From Amoebophrya sp. A120 (taxonomy: Eukaryota > Protista > Dinoflagellata), in contig CAJINV010000008.1 of the NCBI GenBank assembly GCA_905178155.1, positions 372,001 through 436,000 of the forward strand: DNA of 64,000 bases, read 5' to 3'. Positions 48,401 to 60,620 of the stretch are shown here, piece by piece (position 1 is the stretch's first letter; each line of letters starts with the position of its first letter). Position numbers and translations under genes: made by a program. The notes under the pieces were generated by a model, which was not told the origin of the DNA, ran no database searches, and was given only the letters and a program-made list of their open reading frames with translations.

Positions 48401-49374
48401 GCCATTTCGTCCGTTTCATCGTCGTCATCGGTCTCAGAAAGGAAGGAACCGCCCTTCGTCTTGCTGCTCATCAGGCTCACATCGTCGCCTTCATCTCCTG
48501 TTCCTTCGTCAGCTTGTGCTTTGACTTGTTCGTAGTTGTTTGCGAAAGGAACTAGACTGTCGGCTGGTTCATCTCCCGAAGACTTTTTGCTCCCGGAACT
48601 ACTGTCTCCCTCCATGGGATCCGTGCTATCCGCGCCACTTGCTGTCCTCTGGTCTTCCACGCTGCTCGGCGGGAGTGCAACTTCGCTCCGCTGCGCTGCT
48701 GGGGTCGCGGCGGAAACGACGAAGTTGCTCTGGTCAACATCTGGGCTTCCCCCAACATCAGCCGCAGTCTGCTGCCTATGATTCTGCTCGAGTAACTCGA
48801 TTTCATTCGGAAGCTTGTTTCCATGATTTGTACCTTCTCGCGTCAGTTGCACTTGCAAGATTCTACTCGTTCGCTGCTGCTGGTCCTCCTTCAGCGGACC
48901 TGCACTGCCACGACCTCCTTCAGAGGCGGGCAGTTCCACAAAAGCGGCTTCGTCTCCGTCGAATGCACTGCTGGTGTCTGTCAGTGGCGTGTCAAGCTGT
49001 TGTAGGAGATCAACGTCTTCGTTCGTACTACTTGCGAGGGGTTGCGCAACCGCAGCTTGAGCCTGCGAACCTCCTACTGGTGGTGAACCCGCACCAGCGC
49101 TGGCATCTCCTTCTCCCCCCGCGACGTGCGACGAGAGACCGTGTTTCTTTCCCCCTGCACCGCCTTCCTCCTGCACCTCCAGCGACACTACATTGCGGCC
49201 GCTCTTGCGTCCGCGCTCGAGTGCCGTACTGGTGGCCGGAAAGGAGGAGGATATAGCTTTTTCCGGCGTTAATATCCTGGCGTGCGTGCGGGCCGCGGAC
49301 CAGATGCCCGCCGAAAGCACAAGCCCAAAGTTGCCGCCCCGGGGGCGACCGCCCGGCCGCGACCGCGACCACAT
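45440..49374 (-). CDS. Putative secreted WSC-like + PAN/Apple-like protein (paralog B); multi-exon
   Basis: Signal-like N-terminus and low-complexity spacer. WSC-like MGCW...CAEYC...FIGIQ...CYCGDD...C.VC...KCGSSDAVSIFRI, and PAN-like TRCGQHC...CGGFVY...KCLF. Shares PPFEV, CR.LQLPN.D, LYGND..G.GTY.VFVCP and RSFQR.N with paralog A. Confidence 0.72.
45743..46044. mobile_element. Introner, family B (302 bp), DR GCGGT
   Basis: GCGGT(45738-45742) TATCAAATGCAAAAATGTCTGGTTCTGGAAGAGTGC...GCATTCTTCCAGACCCAGACATTTTTACATTTGATA GCGGT(46045-46049). Removal gives CGKATA-NVEGIKF. Confidence 0.94.
46117..46326. mobile_element. Introner (210 bp), DR CGTTC
   Basis: CGTTC(46112-46116) TATCACGAGAAAAAAGTGTTACAGTTACACA...TGTGTAACTGTAACACTTTTTCTTGCGATA CGTTC(46327-46331). 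Removal gives NPFGN-AVMIQYME. Confidence 0.94.
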
Positions 49375-49739
49375 TACGCGTCGATTTTTTGCTGCAGCAA
49401 ACCGCAGAGGACCACGCAGAGCGGTCGGCTCACCACCGACATCCTAATCCTTTCCTCCGCGATACACTGGTGACGGAGACTCGCTTACTATCAACAGGCT
49501 GCAACAATCTCAATCTTTGCCAATGCATCATAATGACATTACTGAAATTCTGGAAACACTTTCTCTGTCATAAGTAGTTGCAAGGCATTTCATCACTTCA
49601 ATCTTTGCGTTGCAACTGGCTTCTTCAGGCTTCTGGGACAGGGACACCCACACCCGCCCGTAGGAATGGTCCATGAACGACCGCACGACTGCGTGCCTGT
49701 TTCGTGCACCAGAGAGAGCAAGCTCATGACTCGCACTAT

Positions 49740-52700
49740 CTACCACTCTTGGGTCAACAACTTGACTTCTTTTCCGCTCACACAGTTCATCTCGCGTGGT
49801 CGCATTGCAGTACCAGGCTGCGGGTACAGGTGCTACTCGACGCATATCGCGAGAGTTTTTGTCAACTCACGCGCTCGTCTTTCATTCTCACTTTAGCGTC
49901 TTCGTCATCTGATGCGTACCGCAATTTTGTCCGCTTCCTTGACAGCTGCTGCAGTGTAGTCGTAGGCGTAACAAACGTTATTCACCTTCCGAATCAAAAT
50001 CAGAATACAAGAAGGATCCCCTTCCCTGGGGTACCGAGGCTCCCGTTGCTGTGTGGTAGATAAAATGTGTGAGTTCGAGTGGTTGTTCTTCATCTTCGTA
50101 TTCGTTGTTTACAAGCATTGTCTTCAAGAAAAAATAGTTTGCTCGATCTTGGATCTGAGTAAGGTCACTGCAACTACGCCGCCGTCGACATTGAAAGTGA
50201 ATATCTGTAAACGGAGCGCGTGTGCTCTCGGGGTGACCCACCGAATCACAGCGAAGCCTTTCCGTCTGCATGCTCCACCATCATTTGTTCTCATAAGCAC
50301 CATCACGAGGACGTTTCGTCGTGACTTTCAACCATCTGTATTCTCAAAAGGACAGCCATCTGCAGCCCGGATTTGCTGCGAACCATGTTAGTTTGTTGAA
50401 AAATACTCTGGAGAGTGCACTAGATACTTCATATCATATTTGTTCCATCGGAAAGAAATCAATCTTACATAATGACCGTTTGCGAAAGGGAACTCAAAGA
50501 GCCGCACGATCTAAAAAAAGCTGTGGCTTGTGTTCTTAGGCCATCTTCTGCTCCCACCTCTTGTTCAGACACTTACCTACTGATGTCATCTGTGGTGCTT
50601 GACGTGACGATCGAGGAGGTGCGGCGAAAACTCCCACGGCTCTTGTCGCCGGATTCCTCGCAGTTTGCCGGATCAAACGGGGGCAGAAACACGCAATCTC
50701 CGCGGACGTTGGCTCCCCCGTAGGTATGCATTGCAAATATGCAGCTTCATCTTGTTGCGGGAAAACGCATAAAACACTGCGTAGATGTAGCTGCCGTCTT
50801 TGCGATTCTAAAGATCAGGATCAGCAGATAGCCTTCTTCTTCTTCTACGATGGCTATAAACATGCACACATGAAGAAAGATTGTGATCGCCGCAGCATCA
50901 TGTGCAGTGCCTGCACAAGCAGGAAAGTAAGTACTTACTTAAGTGCGATTGTTCACTCGTGCTCACGCATTGCTACTACTTATCTGCATTGACGTTTTTC
51001 TCCCCGATCGATCCAGGCTGTTTGTAAATGTTTGCATTCCATACGAATCGTCGGCATAGAAGTAGACAAATCCGCCGCACACTTGGTCCGACACCTGCGA
51101 GCAGTACTCTCCGCAACGATTCACCTGATTTGTTGTGTGGTGTGCGTTTTGTGATTTGGGGACGAGGACGCGATGACAGGGTCTCTCGCCCTCGTCAGTC
51201 TCAATTCAACACGGAGTATCAAGAATCGATCAGTATTGGCATTGAAACTTACTGTAAATCAATGCGGCGGGGAATGGCCCAAAGGAAAAAATGCGCTTCC
51301 GAAAAAGTTCGTGCCCGCGAAACAGAATAATATGCACGAAAAAACCCTGCCTTTACCTGCTCGATTGGTGTTGCCCCAGTAACCAGATTCAGCTGCGTTT
51401 GGTGGTATTGGCAGTGGAAAAAACACACGACCAGTCCGCTCGTGATGATCCTCCCCTGGTAATTCTCTTCACAAGGAGCCACGTGGCTGGCCTGCTCAGG
51501 TGCGAGAATTGAAATTCATTGCAGCAGTTGCAGTTCTCCAAAATTGTGAAAATTATATTTCGTTGCGTTCCTTCCGAGTGTTATCCAGAGCTCACACCCA
51601 AGCGGCCCATTGGACCGCGCCTATTGGGGCTGGGTCAAGCAGGCCGTGCCTAGCTTCCGTAGCGGGGAACGGCCCACTCCACCACCACCTGCGAAGCCGA
51701 GCAGAGAGGTAAGTGAGCACCCTTCCTAGCCCCAAGCAAGGTGAAACAAACATCCGCGATGCCAGCTTCGGCGCGACTATGCGACAACTAGAATCCCTGA
51801 GGACCTCCCAAGGGAAAGCCAGGCACCGACGTTCGTGTCGGCCTCGCTGAGGCCTCCAAGACCAACCCCGCGAAACAAAAAGCTCAAAGCTCGGCAAGCG
51901 CTCCCTTCCAGGAAAAAGCGCCCAAGGAGATACAACCCCCCGGGTATACACAAACTTATTCGAATGCGGCGGTAGAGCGTAACTACCACGCACCAGTGGG
52001 CCTCTCAGCCACTGGGCCCGCGCAAGCGGGAAGCCCCCGTGCCCGTCTGCGCGAAGACGGGCTCGAAACCCCCTATCCGACCAACGACCCCGCAAGGGTT
52101 CCACAAGTAGCGCGCACTGTTCGGCCCCGGCTCAGCTGGGCCTTCCCGCAACAGCAACACACGCGCCACAGACAACTTTTGGCGCAGGCAAGCAACCACG
52201 AGATGAAACCCCGGCCCCGCCCCGCGATGGGAACAGAGGGCGAACGAAGGAGACACCGAACCACCAGCCCCAGCCTGGGAACAAGTTCGCAAGGGTAACG
52301 GATTGGATACCGCCAGTGCCAGACGACCCCTGTTCCCAAAGCAAGGCGAGACCGGGGATAGAGCGAAGCTCCCCTGGTGCCAGATAAACGAAAAAGAGAG
52401 TCCGAAAAAGAAAGCCAGGCAGTCCCCGAGATAAGTACCAGCGCAGCGAGGCATCAAGCCTCCCGAAAACAGAAGTGCCTCAGGTCAGGAGGGCAGCTCC
52501 ATCGCGAAACGAGATGCACCAGACCGTAGAGGTAGAATCAAGAAAGAATACAAGTGGGCAGTCCACCTACACCCCGCCGCGTGTCCGCCAGGAAGAGTTC
52601 TCGTGTGGGTAATGTGTAACTAAAAGACCTAGGCCCCAGCCTAACGTAACCGCGAGACGGCCAACAGGAACAGATGACAGGACAGAATAATAAACAACGG

Positions 52701-53520
52701 GTCCGCGCCCCCAGCGGGATGCGAGCTACTGGTGCATCCGAAACACAACAACGCCAAACGCCGTCAGCACGAGCAACCCTCGCGAAACCATCGCCAAAAA
52801 ACTGTGGCACGCCCCGTCGCCTCGTATCCACAAATCCCAAGCCTCTAGCTGTCGAACAATGCGCCCCCCGCTGGGGGCTTCGTTCTCTCGTCACTGAAAA
52901 CCTCGCATCACACTGTAGTACCGACCCGGAGAGACCAAAGGCCTGCTCAGGTGCGAGAATTGAATCTCCAAAATTGTGAAAATTATAAATATAAGGAGCG
53001 CGATTGCCAAGTTGAAGCAGCTTTATTCGCATGAGGATGAGACGCTTTTTGATCTCGGGAGAAATCCAGCCTGGGCATTATATAGGAATATGCTACGCGC
53101 AGCTTTACAACGACAAGACACAAGTGGAGCGAATCAGCGGACTGGTAGTTTGAAGCACCCACACCGGTGCGGATAGCCCTCGATGGTCGGACTAACAAGC
53201 GCGGTGGACGACTCTTTGGAGCAGTCCTGCACCACCCCGGAATTCAATTGCTCCACGTACGAAGTCATAATGGCACCTGAATAAAAATAATCGACGGAAT
53301 GGCGAAAAATCTTGTTGAACCGTTTGAAATAAAACCTGGCACTGGTGCAGCACCAAAAGAACAGCAGAAGAAAAAAAATGAAACCATAGTTGTTCTTCAG
53401 CTGGCTGGAAAGCGATGCCTTGGCATTCCTCCTGACGCGAAGCTTGGCGGCGAACGCGGACCTTTGGCCCTGGAATTCCCAGATGAGGAGCGTCGACCCC
53501 AGGAGATGCAGCGCCTTCAT
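49740..53520 (-). CDS. Putative secreted protein (signal peptide), multi-exon; structure and 3' end uncertain
   Basis: MKALHLLGSTLLIWEFQGQRSAFA is signal-like. The SYVEQL...QDCS motif is also seen in the neighbouring gene (EYVEQL...QDCS, ~55600-55700). Cys-containing exon fragments continue down to ~49.7 kb. Confidence 0.4.
51558..52939. mobile_element. 1382-bp GC-rich insertion flanked by a 48-bp direct duplication
   Basis: GGCCTGCTCAGGTGCGAGAATTGAA-TCTCCAAAATTGTGAAAATTATA at 52940-52987 and again at 51489-51557 (the latter with a 21-nt internal insert). Interior composition differs from the flanks and there is no intact ORF. Confidence 0.65.
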
Positions 53521-54444
53521 TCTTCTTGCGTCGAACGGAGCAAGACAAAATCAACTTAAACTTTTTCGCGGAAGAATACTCAATCAATTTCAGCAATTCA
53601 TCCGAGGATCCCAACGCACGCTGGAACATAAGCTCACATTCAAACGAAAAGGCGAGGACCACTGGGCATTCATAAATAGATGTCAAAGTGAAAACTACTC
53701 TGCCTTCTTCACGTAGAGAAAAGTTGCATCAGATCGTGCTGCTGCGTGTAGAAGATTTATGCCCTTACATACCGTGTTTAAGCCCGCGTCTGCGCGAAAC
53801 TCTTTTTTCGCTCGGATTAGCTTTTTAATTGAATCGCTTGATGCAGAAACACGCCACAACTACGTACAACCGCACCATGGGTCTCGAACGCCAGAACTGT
53901 CGATCCTGCCGACATCAAGCATGCCCACAGGTACCCAGCATGGCTAGAAATCATCCTACATGTACAGACAGCTCTTCACATGCTGGCACTGCTCGTCTGA
54001 AAATGTCATCTGGTGGTCGTTGGATTTCTAGGATGCATTAGCATTGACTGAATGTCGAAGATTGATTGTCAATCTCGAATCCTTCATTTGTTCTACTACG
54101 TGTTCGTTGCAGAGGCAAGAAAAGAAGAGCATCTGTGTCAGTACAACAAGGCGTAAGTAGGCAGTCGCTCCAAGTACAACGAACTCATCAACCAGCTCGC
54201 TTTCTGCTTGCACTTCTTACAGCAATGCAGCGACGCTGCTAATCATGCAACTCGTTGACTGGCTTTGAAAGCGACACAAGCATCCTGCTGCGGGACGGAC
54301 CCGAAATGGAAACGACTGAATAAAAGCTTAATATCGTACACGTTAACGTTGCACTTGCAGGTGCATGCAACACCTTCATAATACATAGACTGATATCCGC
54401 GCCGTGTTTAGCCCACCTCTTCTTCTAACGGCGAATTCACATTC

Positions 54445-56645
54445 TTACCGATCCGAGCCGACGAGTGTCGGATCCACATCCTGGCTAGCGACAAGCGTAC
54501 CGGGCATCCGGCGAAAAGTCCTCCGCGCGTCGCTGGCCGTGCAGCCCTGCGGATTGAAGGGCTTTAGGAAAGTGCATATCCTCGTACTTTTTTCCACGTA
54601 GAAGCCGCCGCACGCCTCGGCTCCAGGTGTCAAAGCGAAAAGAAGTGCTCTGCCCTCAGATATGGCAAATTTATAGATACATAATTCGGGAAATGATCGT
54701 GCTGCAACGTCTTCAAATGAAAACTTGTTGTCTTGATGGTTGTAATCCGGCCGCGGAGACCACAAACTCAAATACCTACCGCGAATTTCAAATTTTTCTC
54801 TTGGATGGTTGCATAAAACAGCTACGGGTCTCCCTGACCCAGACGAGTGCAGGCGGGCCACGGCCATCTCGCACTTCTTACAGGACAAATCTCGCTGTTG
54901 GGGGCGGGCCTTCCTGCACGACCACAGCTTTCTGTTTCTCTTGTTCTGCATTGAATGAAATTTGTGTTGCTTTCAACACATGCGAGCTGGGGAACGAATG
55001 CTTCCCTTGCGAAACTTTGCAACGCAAGTGCTTCCAAGTTATTTAGTTTCGGGGTAGGGGCACTTTTCAAGAATGCGATAGCAGTAGCCGGCTCACCAGA
55101 GCAAATCGCGCTGCACTTGTCAATCATGTCATCGAACATCTCCGGTTCTGGTGTCCAGATGTTCGGTTCCGCAGTATTTTTGGTGGTCGTACCAGCCGGC
55201 AGCTGACCGCCGACGAGAGTCAGGTCGCCGCTTGCGATCTTTTTGGTGAACACGTTGGCGAGGGGCACCAAAGTGGTCCCATCTACGTTTTTAGAAGGCA
55301 AAAAATGATGTGCCACTGCAATCCGTTCTAGAAGTTGTACTCCCTTGCTTAACTTGCGATTCACGAAAGCAAGAAAAAGGGGAAAAAATCAGAGTGCAGG
55401 AGCAACCCATCCGCAAGAGAGTGCAGGAGCCCTTCCTCCAGATGAAGCACAAGAAACAATGCGAGGTAAAAGGCACACCACTTTCTCATCCTCGCAAAGC
55501 CTATATTCATCTTCAGGCTATGTATAGATACACTGCAAAATGATACTCGAATACAACACGCGCACAGTGGCAGGAAAAATGGATTTTCCGAGAATATCCT
55601 TCGTCGAGCAGTCTTGCGCTTTCAAATCCAACCTACGTACACCGGTACCGGTTGCTGTTGCCGCCGAATCCTGCATCAGCTGCTCGACGTACTCTGTAAC
55701 TGAGAATCCGCACTATCGTATGCAAAAAAGGCCGTCTGGGAAGGTGACTGAATATAAACAAATTTACATATTTATTATTCTCTTTGTTGTACTACGACTT
55801 ACACTAGCTAGTCGTATCCGTGTAGGGTTGATAAAACAAGTATTCGAGACTGCACGTCTCCAGAACAAAAAGAACATGAAAAAAAGTAAATGCAAACTGA
55901 TAGGGCAGCGACAGGAAGAAGTTGAAGTTCGAAAGACCTTCAAAGAAACGAAATATAGGTCAAGCATCTCGCCTGCACCTCGTTATCGTTATCGATGCAC
56001 ATGCACATCATTCTAGAAGCATGATTACTGCAGAAAACATTTCTGTTTCTCGTGAAGCAGGTACCTCGTTAGTTCTGTTCCCGACCCGGTCCCTGACATC
56101 ATTCTTGCAGTGCATATATATCGATCGTGTACGATAGTTGTTGTGTCACCACGCTTCATCTTGTTCTGCTCCGTCTCAGCTTGTACCTTCGACTGAACGG
56201 CTTCTTTTTCTTCTTGTTCAATACGGCTGTCACTCTCCTTTCGGTTATTCTCCACCAACGCTTCGTCCTGTACAGCGGAATGCTTTGCCACTGCGGCATG
56301 ATGTGTTCGGAGTCGCGTATCCCCCTGGCCCTTCTGCAAGAAAATTTTCTTCATACCGAAAACTACAAGCGATGGGGAGTTGTACACGCCGCCGGACAAT
56401 ACTCCTCCAGTATCACTGAAAGTCGCACTGCAGCAATACTGCAGGAAGAGCAAGCACACCCAGCGGACGAAATGGCACTGGAAACGACGTCCCGAAGGCG
56501 CATCTCCTCGCCCCGGCAGCCCCCCGGCGCCGGACGAGCAACACGCTCTCATGAAACTGAAAATAGACCACCTCAAACAAGAATTGATCGACGGACCTGC
56601 GAGTGTTGACATAGAAATATGTGGATTTGCTTCTGTATTTGTCAT
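54445..56645 (-). CDS. Putative secreted PAN/Apple-like protein; multi-exon, start uncertain
   Basis: After removing 54628-55080 plus 5 nt: MIDKCSAICSGEPATA-AEACGGFYVEKSTRICTFLKPFNPQGCTASDARRTFRR. This parallels paralog B's CGGFVY...CLF...CNPSDTRRSFQR. Confidence 0.55.
54628..55080. mobile_element. Decayed introner (453 bp), DR CCAGG/GCAGT
   Basis: Left end TGTCAAAGCGAAAAGAAGTGCTCTGCCC versus reverse-complement right end TATCGCATTCTTGAAAAGTGCCCCTACCC, with AAGTGC at the same offset. Removal rebuilds the PAN Cys spacing in frame. Confidence 0.62.
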
Positions 56646-57561
56646 GTTCTTCTTTGTAATGCGCTCGCTCCTGCCATTTGCAAAGACCGTCAGTCGTTTG
56701 CAACCAGCATGCTGTTTATTTCCGCAGTGGTGCTAGTACGATCACACTTCTCTTTGTCTTCAGCTCTGCAGCCAAATTCTGCGAAATTGCATTCCTGTTC
56801 CTCGTGAAGCCAATATCTACGTTTTTCACTCCGTTCAATTTGATCTTGGACTCACACTCACTCATTGCTCAGGTCCAAAAAGGTAATATGGAAACAGCCT
56901 AAAATTGCGCCGCACCTGGCCAGCGAGGTGACAGATGTAGTTCCCTGATACCTTATCGGCGTACACAAAGCCGTGGGCCCATAGCAGGTGGGCCACAACA
57001 TTTTACTTTGCCGCCGCTTTGTTCTCTTGAACAAAGAACGCAGGAGCAACTGCGGCCAAATCTCAGTCAGCATTACTTTATGGTCGGTTTACACACAAAG
57101 AGTATTCGTAGGTTACATTTACAACACACACCCATATCTATACGCATTGTTATAGGAACTCTAACAGAGCGCTTCCAAAGCAAATAAACCCCGAAAGTTG
57201 GTTAGAAAAAATTCTCAGTCACTGCCCGCGTCTGAATCAGTCGTTCCAGGTGAGGAATGCTCTTGTCCAGCAGATCTCGAAAACGTGCGAAGTTCTGGTT
57301 CACGTCTTGGACCGTCTATCCAAGCAAAATTCTGACTCATACAAAAATCCTAACGACTTTGTCGATTGTTGTTCATGATGACTGGCCGTGGCAACCTGCG
57401 CAAGGACAAGTCGAGTACAAGTCCTGAATGAGCTTTCAATCGGAATGAGAAAAGAAAAATTTTGGAGTCCACAGACAGCGAAATTTCAAGTTTTCTACTT
57501 TTTCTTTTAGTCTTCAGCCACTGTAAGTATATCATTTTGCATATGCAAATTTGGATTCAGG

Positions 57562-58248
57562 TCAGAATTTTGCCATCATTACCTGCTCCCGCAGCTCAAT
57601 TCCGACGTTGAACTCGGCACAGGGCACCGCAGCCTCAGTATCCTCATCTTGTTCTTCCTTGTCTTGCAAACTCTGCGTTGCCTCTGCCTCTGCACTATCA
57701 ACTTCCTCGTCATCGGCGCTCTTTGTTTCACCGCTATCTACCGCTGCATCCTCTTCCTCCGCGCCGGGCTTTCCTGGTTTCACGAGGAACCCTGAAAGCG
57801 GAATCGTTTCTCCTGCCTTAACCGCATTTCGTTGCAATACGTGCTCGATTTCAGCATTTTTTTCCGCGATATTTTTCAGAGTCTTCATCTCGTTTGCAGC
57901 ACGATCCTTCGCTTTCTTTGCTGATGATTCTGCTCCACCCGCGCCAACAGTTACAGCTGGTGTATCATCTTCGAGCTCCTCTATCTCGACGTCATCCTCG
58001 TCGTCGCCTGGTGCGGGTCCTGCACCCCCTCCTTCTGCATCCTCGTCGGTCTTGTTTTCATCGCCGGCGACGTTTGGCGTGTAGGTCGCCTCTTCTTGCA
58101 TGCACTTCTTGTAGGACGCAGAACGCTGCAACTGGGTAAACATGTCGCTTAATTTGCGCTTCTCATACATCCAATCATCAAACGCGTCAAACACGTTTTG
58201 CAGCAGGTTGCTGCCTGTCTTGAACGTAGCAGATGAAGTGGAGGACAT
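57562..58248 (-). CDS. Hypothetical acidic protein (exon or gene)
   Basis: 228-aa ORF with protein-like composition (helical N-terminal part, D/E-rich linker). Confidence 0.55.
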   Translation of the reverse strand: MSSTSSATFKTGSNLLQNVFDAFDDWMYEKRKLSDMFTQLQRSASYKKCMQEEATYTPNVAGDENKTDEDAEGGGAGPAPGDDEDDVEIEELEDDTPAVTVGAGGAESSAKKAKDRAANEMKTLKNIAEKNAEIEHVLQRNAVKAGETIPLSGFLVKPGKPGAEEEDAAVDSGETKSADDEEVDSAEAEATQSLQDKEEQDEDTEAAVPCAEFNVGIELREQVMMAKF

Positions 58249-59276
58249 TCTATTCTAGTGCTCAGCGTTTATTCACGTGCTGGAGCTGGACCTAGTCTTA
58301 CGAACGGACTGGAATGTAAAAAAATCCGCACGTTGCACTTCTTCGAAGGCCCTCCCTGCTGCAACAGCTAGCAAATGAGGTTGTGGTCGACAACTTGAAC
58401 TTAGAGCTGGGAGAGCTCACCTGAGCCAAACGCATAGAATCTTACGTACGAGTCAGAGTCTTCTTTTTGCGCTGTGCTGCAACGATTACGATTTCAAGGA
58501 GTCCAACACGAATAATCGTCGTAAAAATCACCCTAGAACTCAACATCTCAAGGGTTTCGAGCGCGATCGCGAGGAACTGGAATTGGGAAATGGTGATGCA
58601 CCAAGTGGATGCAAGCTCGTCAGGAAGCAAGGGACATCGAGCGTACGTCGAAACAACGGGACTGACACGATCATCTTCTCGATGGAGTTTACGAAGCGAT
58701 CTCGATTAATGCAGCGACAGCGACGGACTGTTGCGAATTCGTAGCTGTAGTACTGGCAGGCAGGTATCATAAAAGCGCATGACAATGATCTTGTGACGTT
58801 TCTCACAAGGCACGAGTCACCGACTTAGACTTTGTTCAACGTCCTCTGCATGATAAACATACAACTGCCATGTCCGAGCCCGGTTCATGCAGCTGCTATT
58901 TAGATTGAGAAATGCGCACGACCGCATTGTGACCCTCAGTGGTAGAACCTTGTGCCGATGTCGAAGCCCAGAGTCACGCGTCACGTTGAAGAGAATGTGG
59001 CAAACGCTAAATGGCATTTAAGTACATTTATTCAAGGGCGGTCATCTGCTTCCGGCATTCTAAATCATACAATTCCAAATGGCCTCTCTAAATGGTTCTA
59101 CAACTACTGCATTTTCAGGCACTGCCCTTGTCTCAGAAAAAAAAACCACACTACTTTCTTTATTTCAATTTCTCCAGCTGCTTTATGTTGAAGCACAGAA
59201 ACACAACTCCGCAAACTCTTTTTGTTCTGTGATCGTATGAAGGCGCCGTAGGCATTTTCATTGCTGCTCTTGCGGA

Positions 59277-60620
59277 TTAGTCACAATGCTCTTCGCAAAC
59301 CTTTCCGAAAGCAGCGATTTCGGTAATCCGGAACGTACGCGGTTCATTCTCAGGGCTCTTCAGCCGCATCCAGACGTATTTTCCGATCGCGTCAGAGGGA
59401 CAGTGAACTCGGGGGACGCGGATTCGGAGCGAGCTTTCCAATCCCACCTCGACCTCGGCTTGATTCACGTTGGATCCATATGACACTCTACCCATTTGAC
59501 CCATGGTAGGAGCCGCTTTCAGGTCCGCAAGGGTAATGTTACCGCAACTAATCATGTTGGTCTCGTCGCAGATACCGGTATCTTTGTCGCACGGCGGCGT
59601 ATTACCCGTTCCAACGCCAATTTCAGCTCCGCATTTCGTGGGCTCGTTCACGCAGATAGTCTTGCCGCCTGCTTCGCCGCACCACTCCGATGCAACGTAT
59701 CCTGGGAGAACGAAAATCTTGAGTGTAGAGGTGAGCCGGGGGAGTCACATGCAAAACTGATTTTTTTTCAATGAACTGCAGTGACCAGCACCTGTCGGTC
59801 ACACTGAGTAGGATGAGATGCGGTTTATTTGGCTAGCCAGCCTCCTACTACCATTTTTGATTTTGCCCCGTGCAGCAAATGGCTGATCCGCACTAGTCTG
59901 AAACTCAAACTTCCAAAAGACAGAGCTAATCAGACTCTGATGTTGACGAGTGATCTCAAGACCATCGGCCTGCTTTTGATATTGTGGTGGTCGCGTCTAG
60001 GTTAACGTTCCGTCCGTCGCAAGCGCCGTTCCCATCTTCATCGAGACCAGGCGTGCCACCCATTTATGAAATGTAGGGAGAAACACGTCAGCTTCAGGGG
60101 CTACATCAATGCTGGTGTGAACAAAAGTGATGCTGCTCGGGGAAAGCAGAAGAATCCACACTTAAAAGGGTTACAGCCAGGGTTCAAAATCTGAAGTTCC
60201 CTAGTGAGCGAATGCGAAATGACCAAGATGTAAGGAGACCCAGACCCGCGTCTCTTACGATTGTACAAAGGGACGACTTCTGTGACGTAGGTGTAGTGCT
60301 CGCCTGCATTTAAACACTGCAGCTGCTCTCGCCTGCGCGCGTGCTTCCGCTGGTTCACAGTCACAATCATAGAAACTGTCGTGGATGAGACACAACGAAG
60401 AAATGCGCCTGACCATGAGCAGAGCCAGAGTGAGTGCATGATAACAAAAGCTCCGGTTTCCTTTTCTTTCCCCTGGCACTGACAAGACAAATGTACGATA
60501 CATATTGTAGGAATAACCATAGCCCAATATTGAGCACCCCCATTCCCACTCGCGTACACGTCGACGTAACTCACTTTGTGCCTCGCAAACATGTCGTCAG
60601 TTGGGATGAAACCGTAAGAC
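59277..60620 (-). CDS. Protein with galactose-binding/F-type (fucolectin, F5/8C)-like domain; 3' exons, 5' end uncertain
   Basis: DMFARHKVSYVDVY and C....IGKYVWMRL.......FRITEIAAFG match the VDL...V..V.V and GRYV.V.L...L.L.EV.V.G pattern. Confidence 0.55.
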
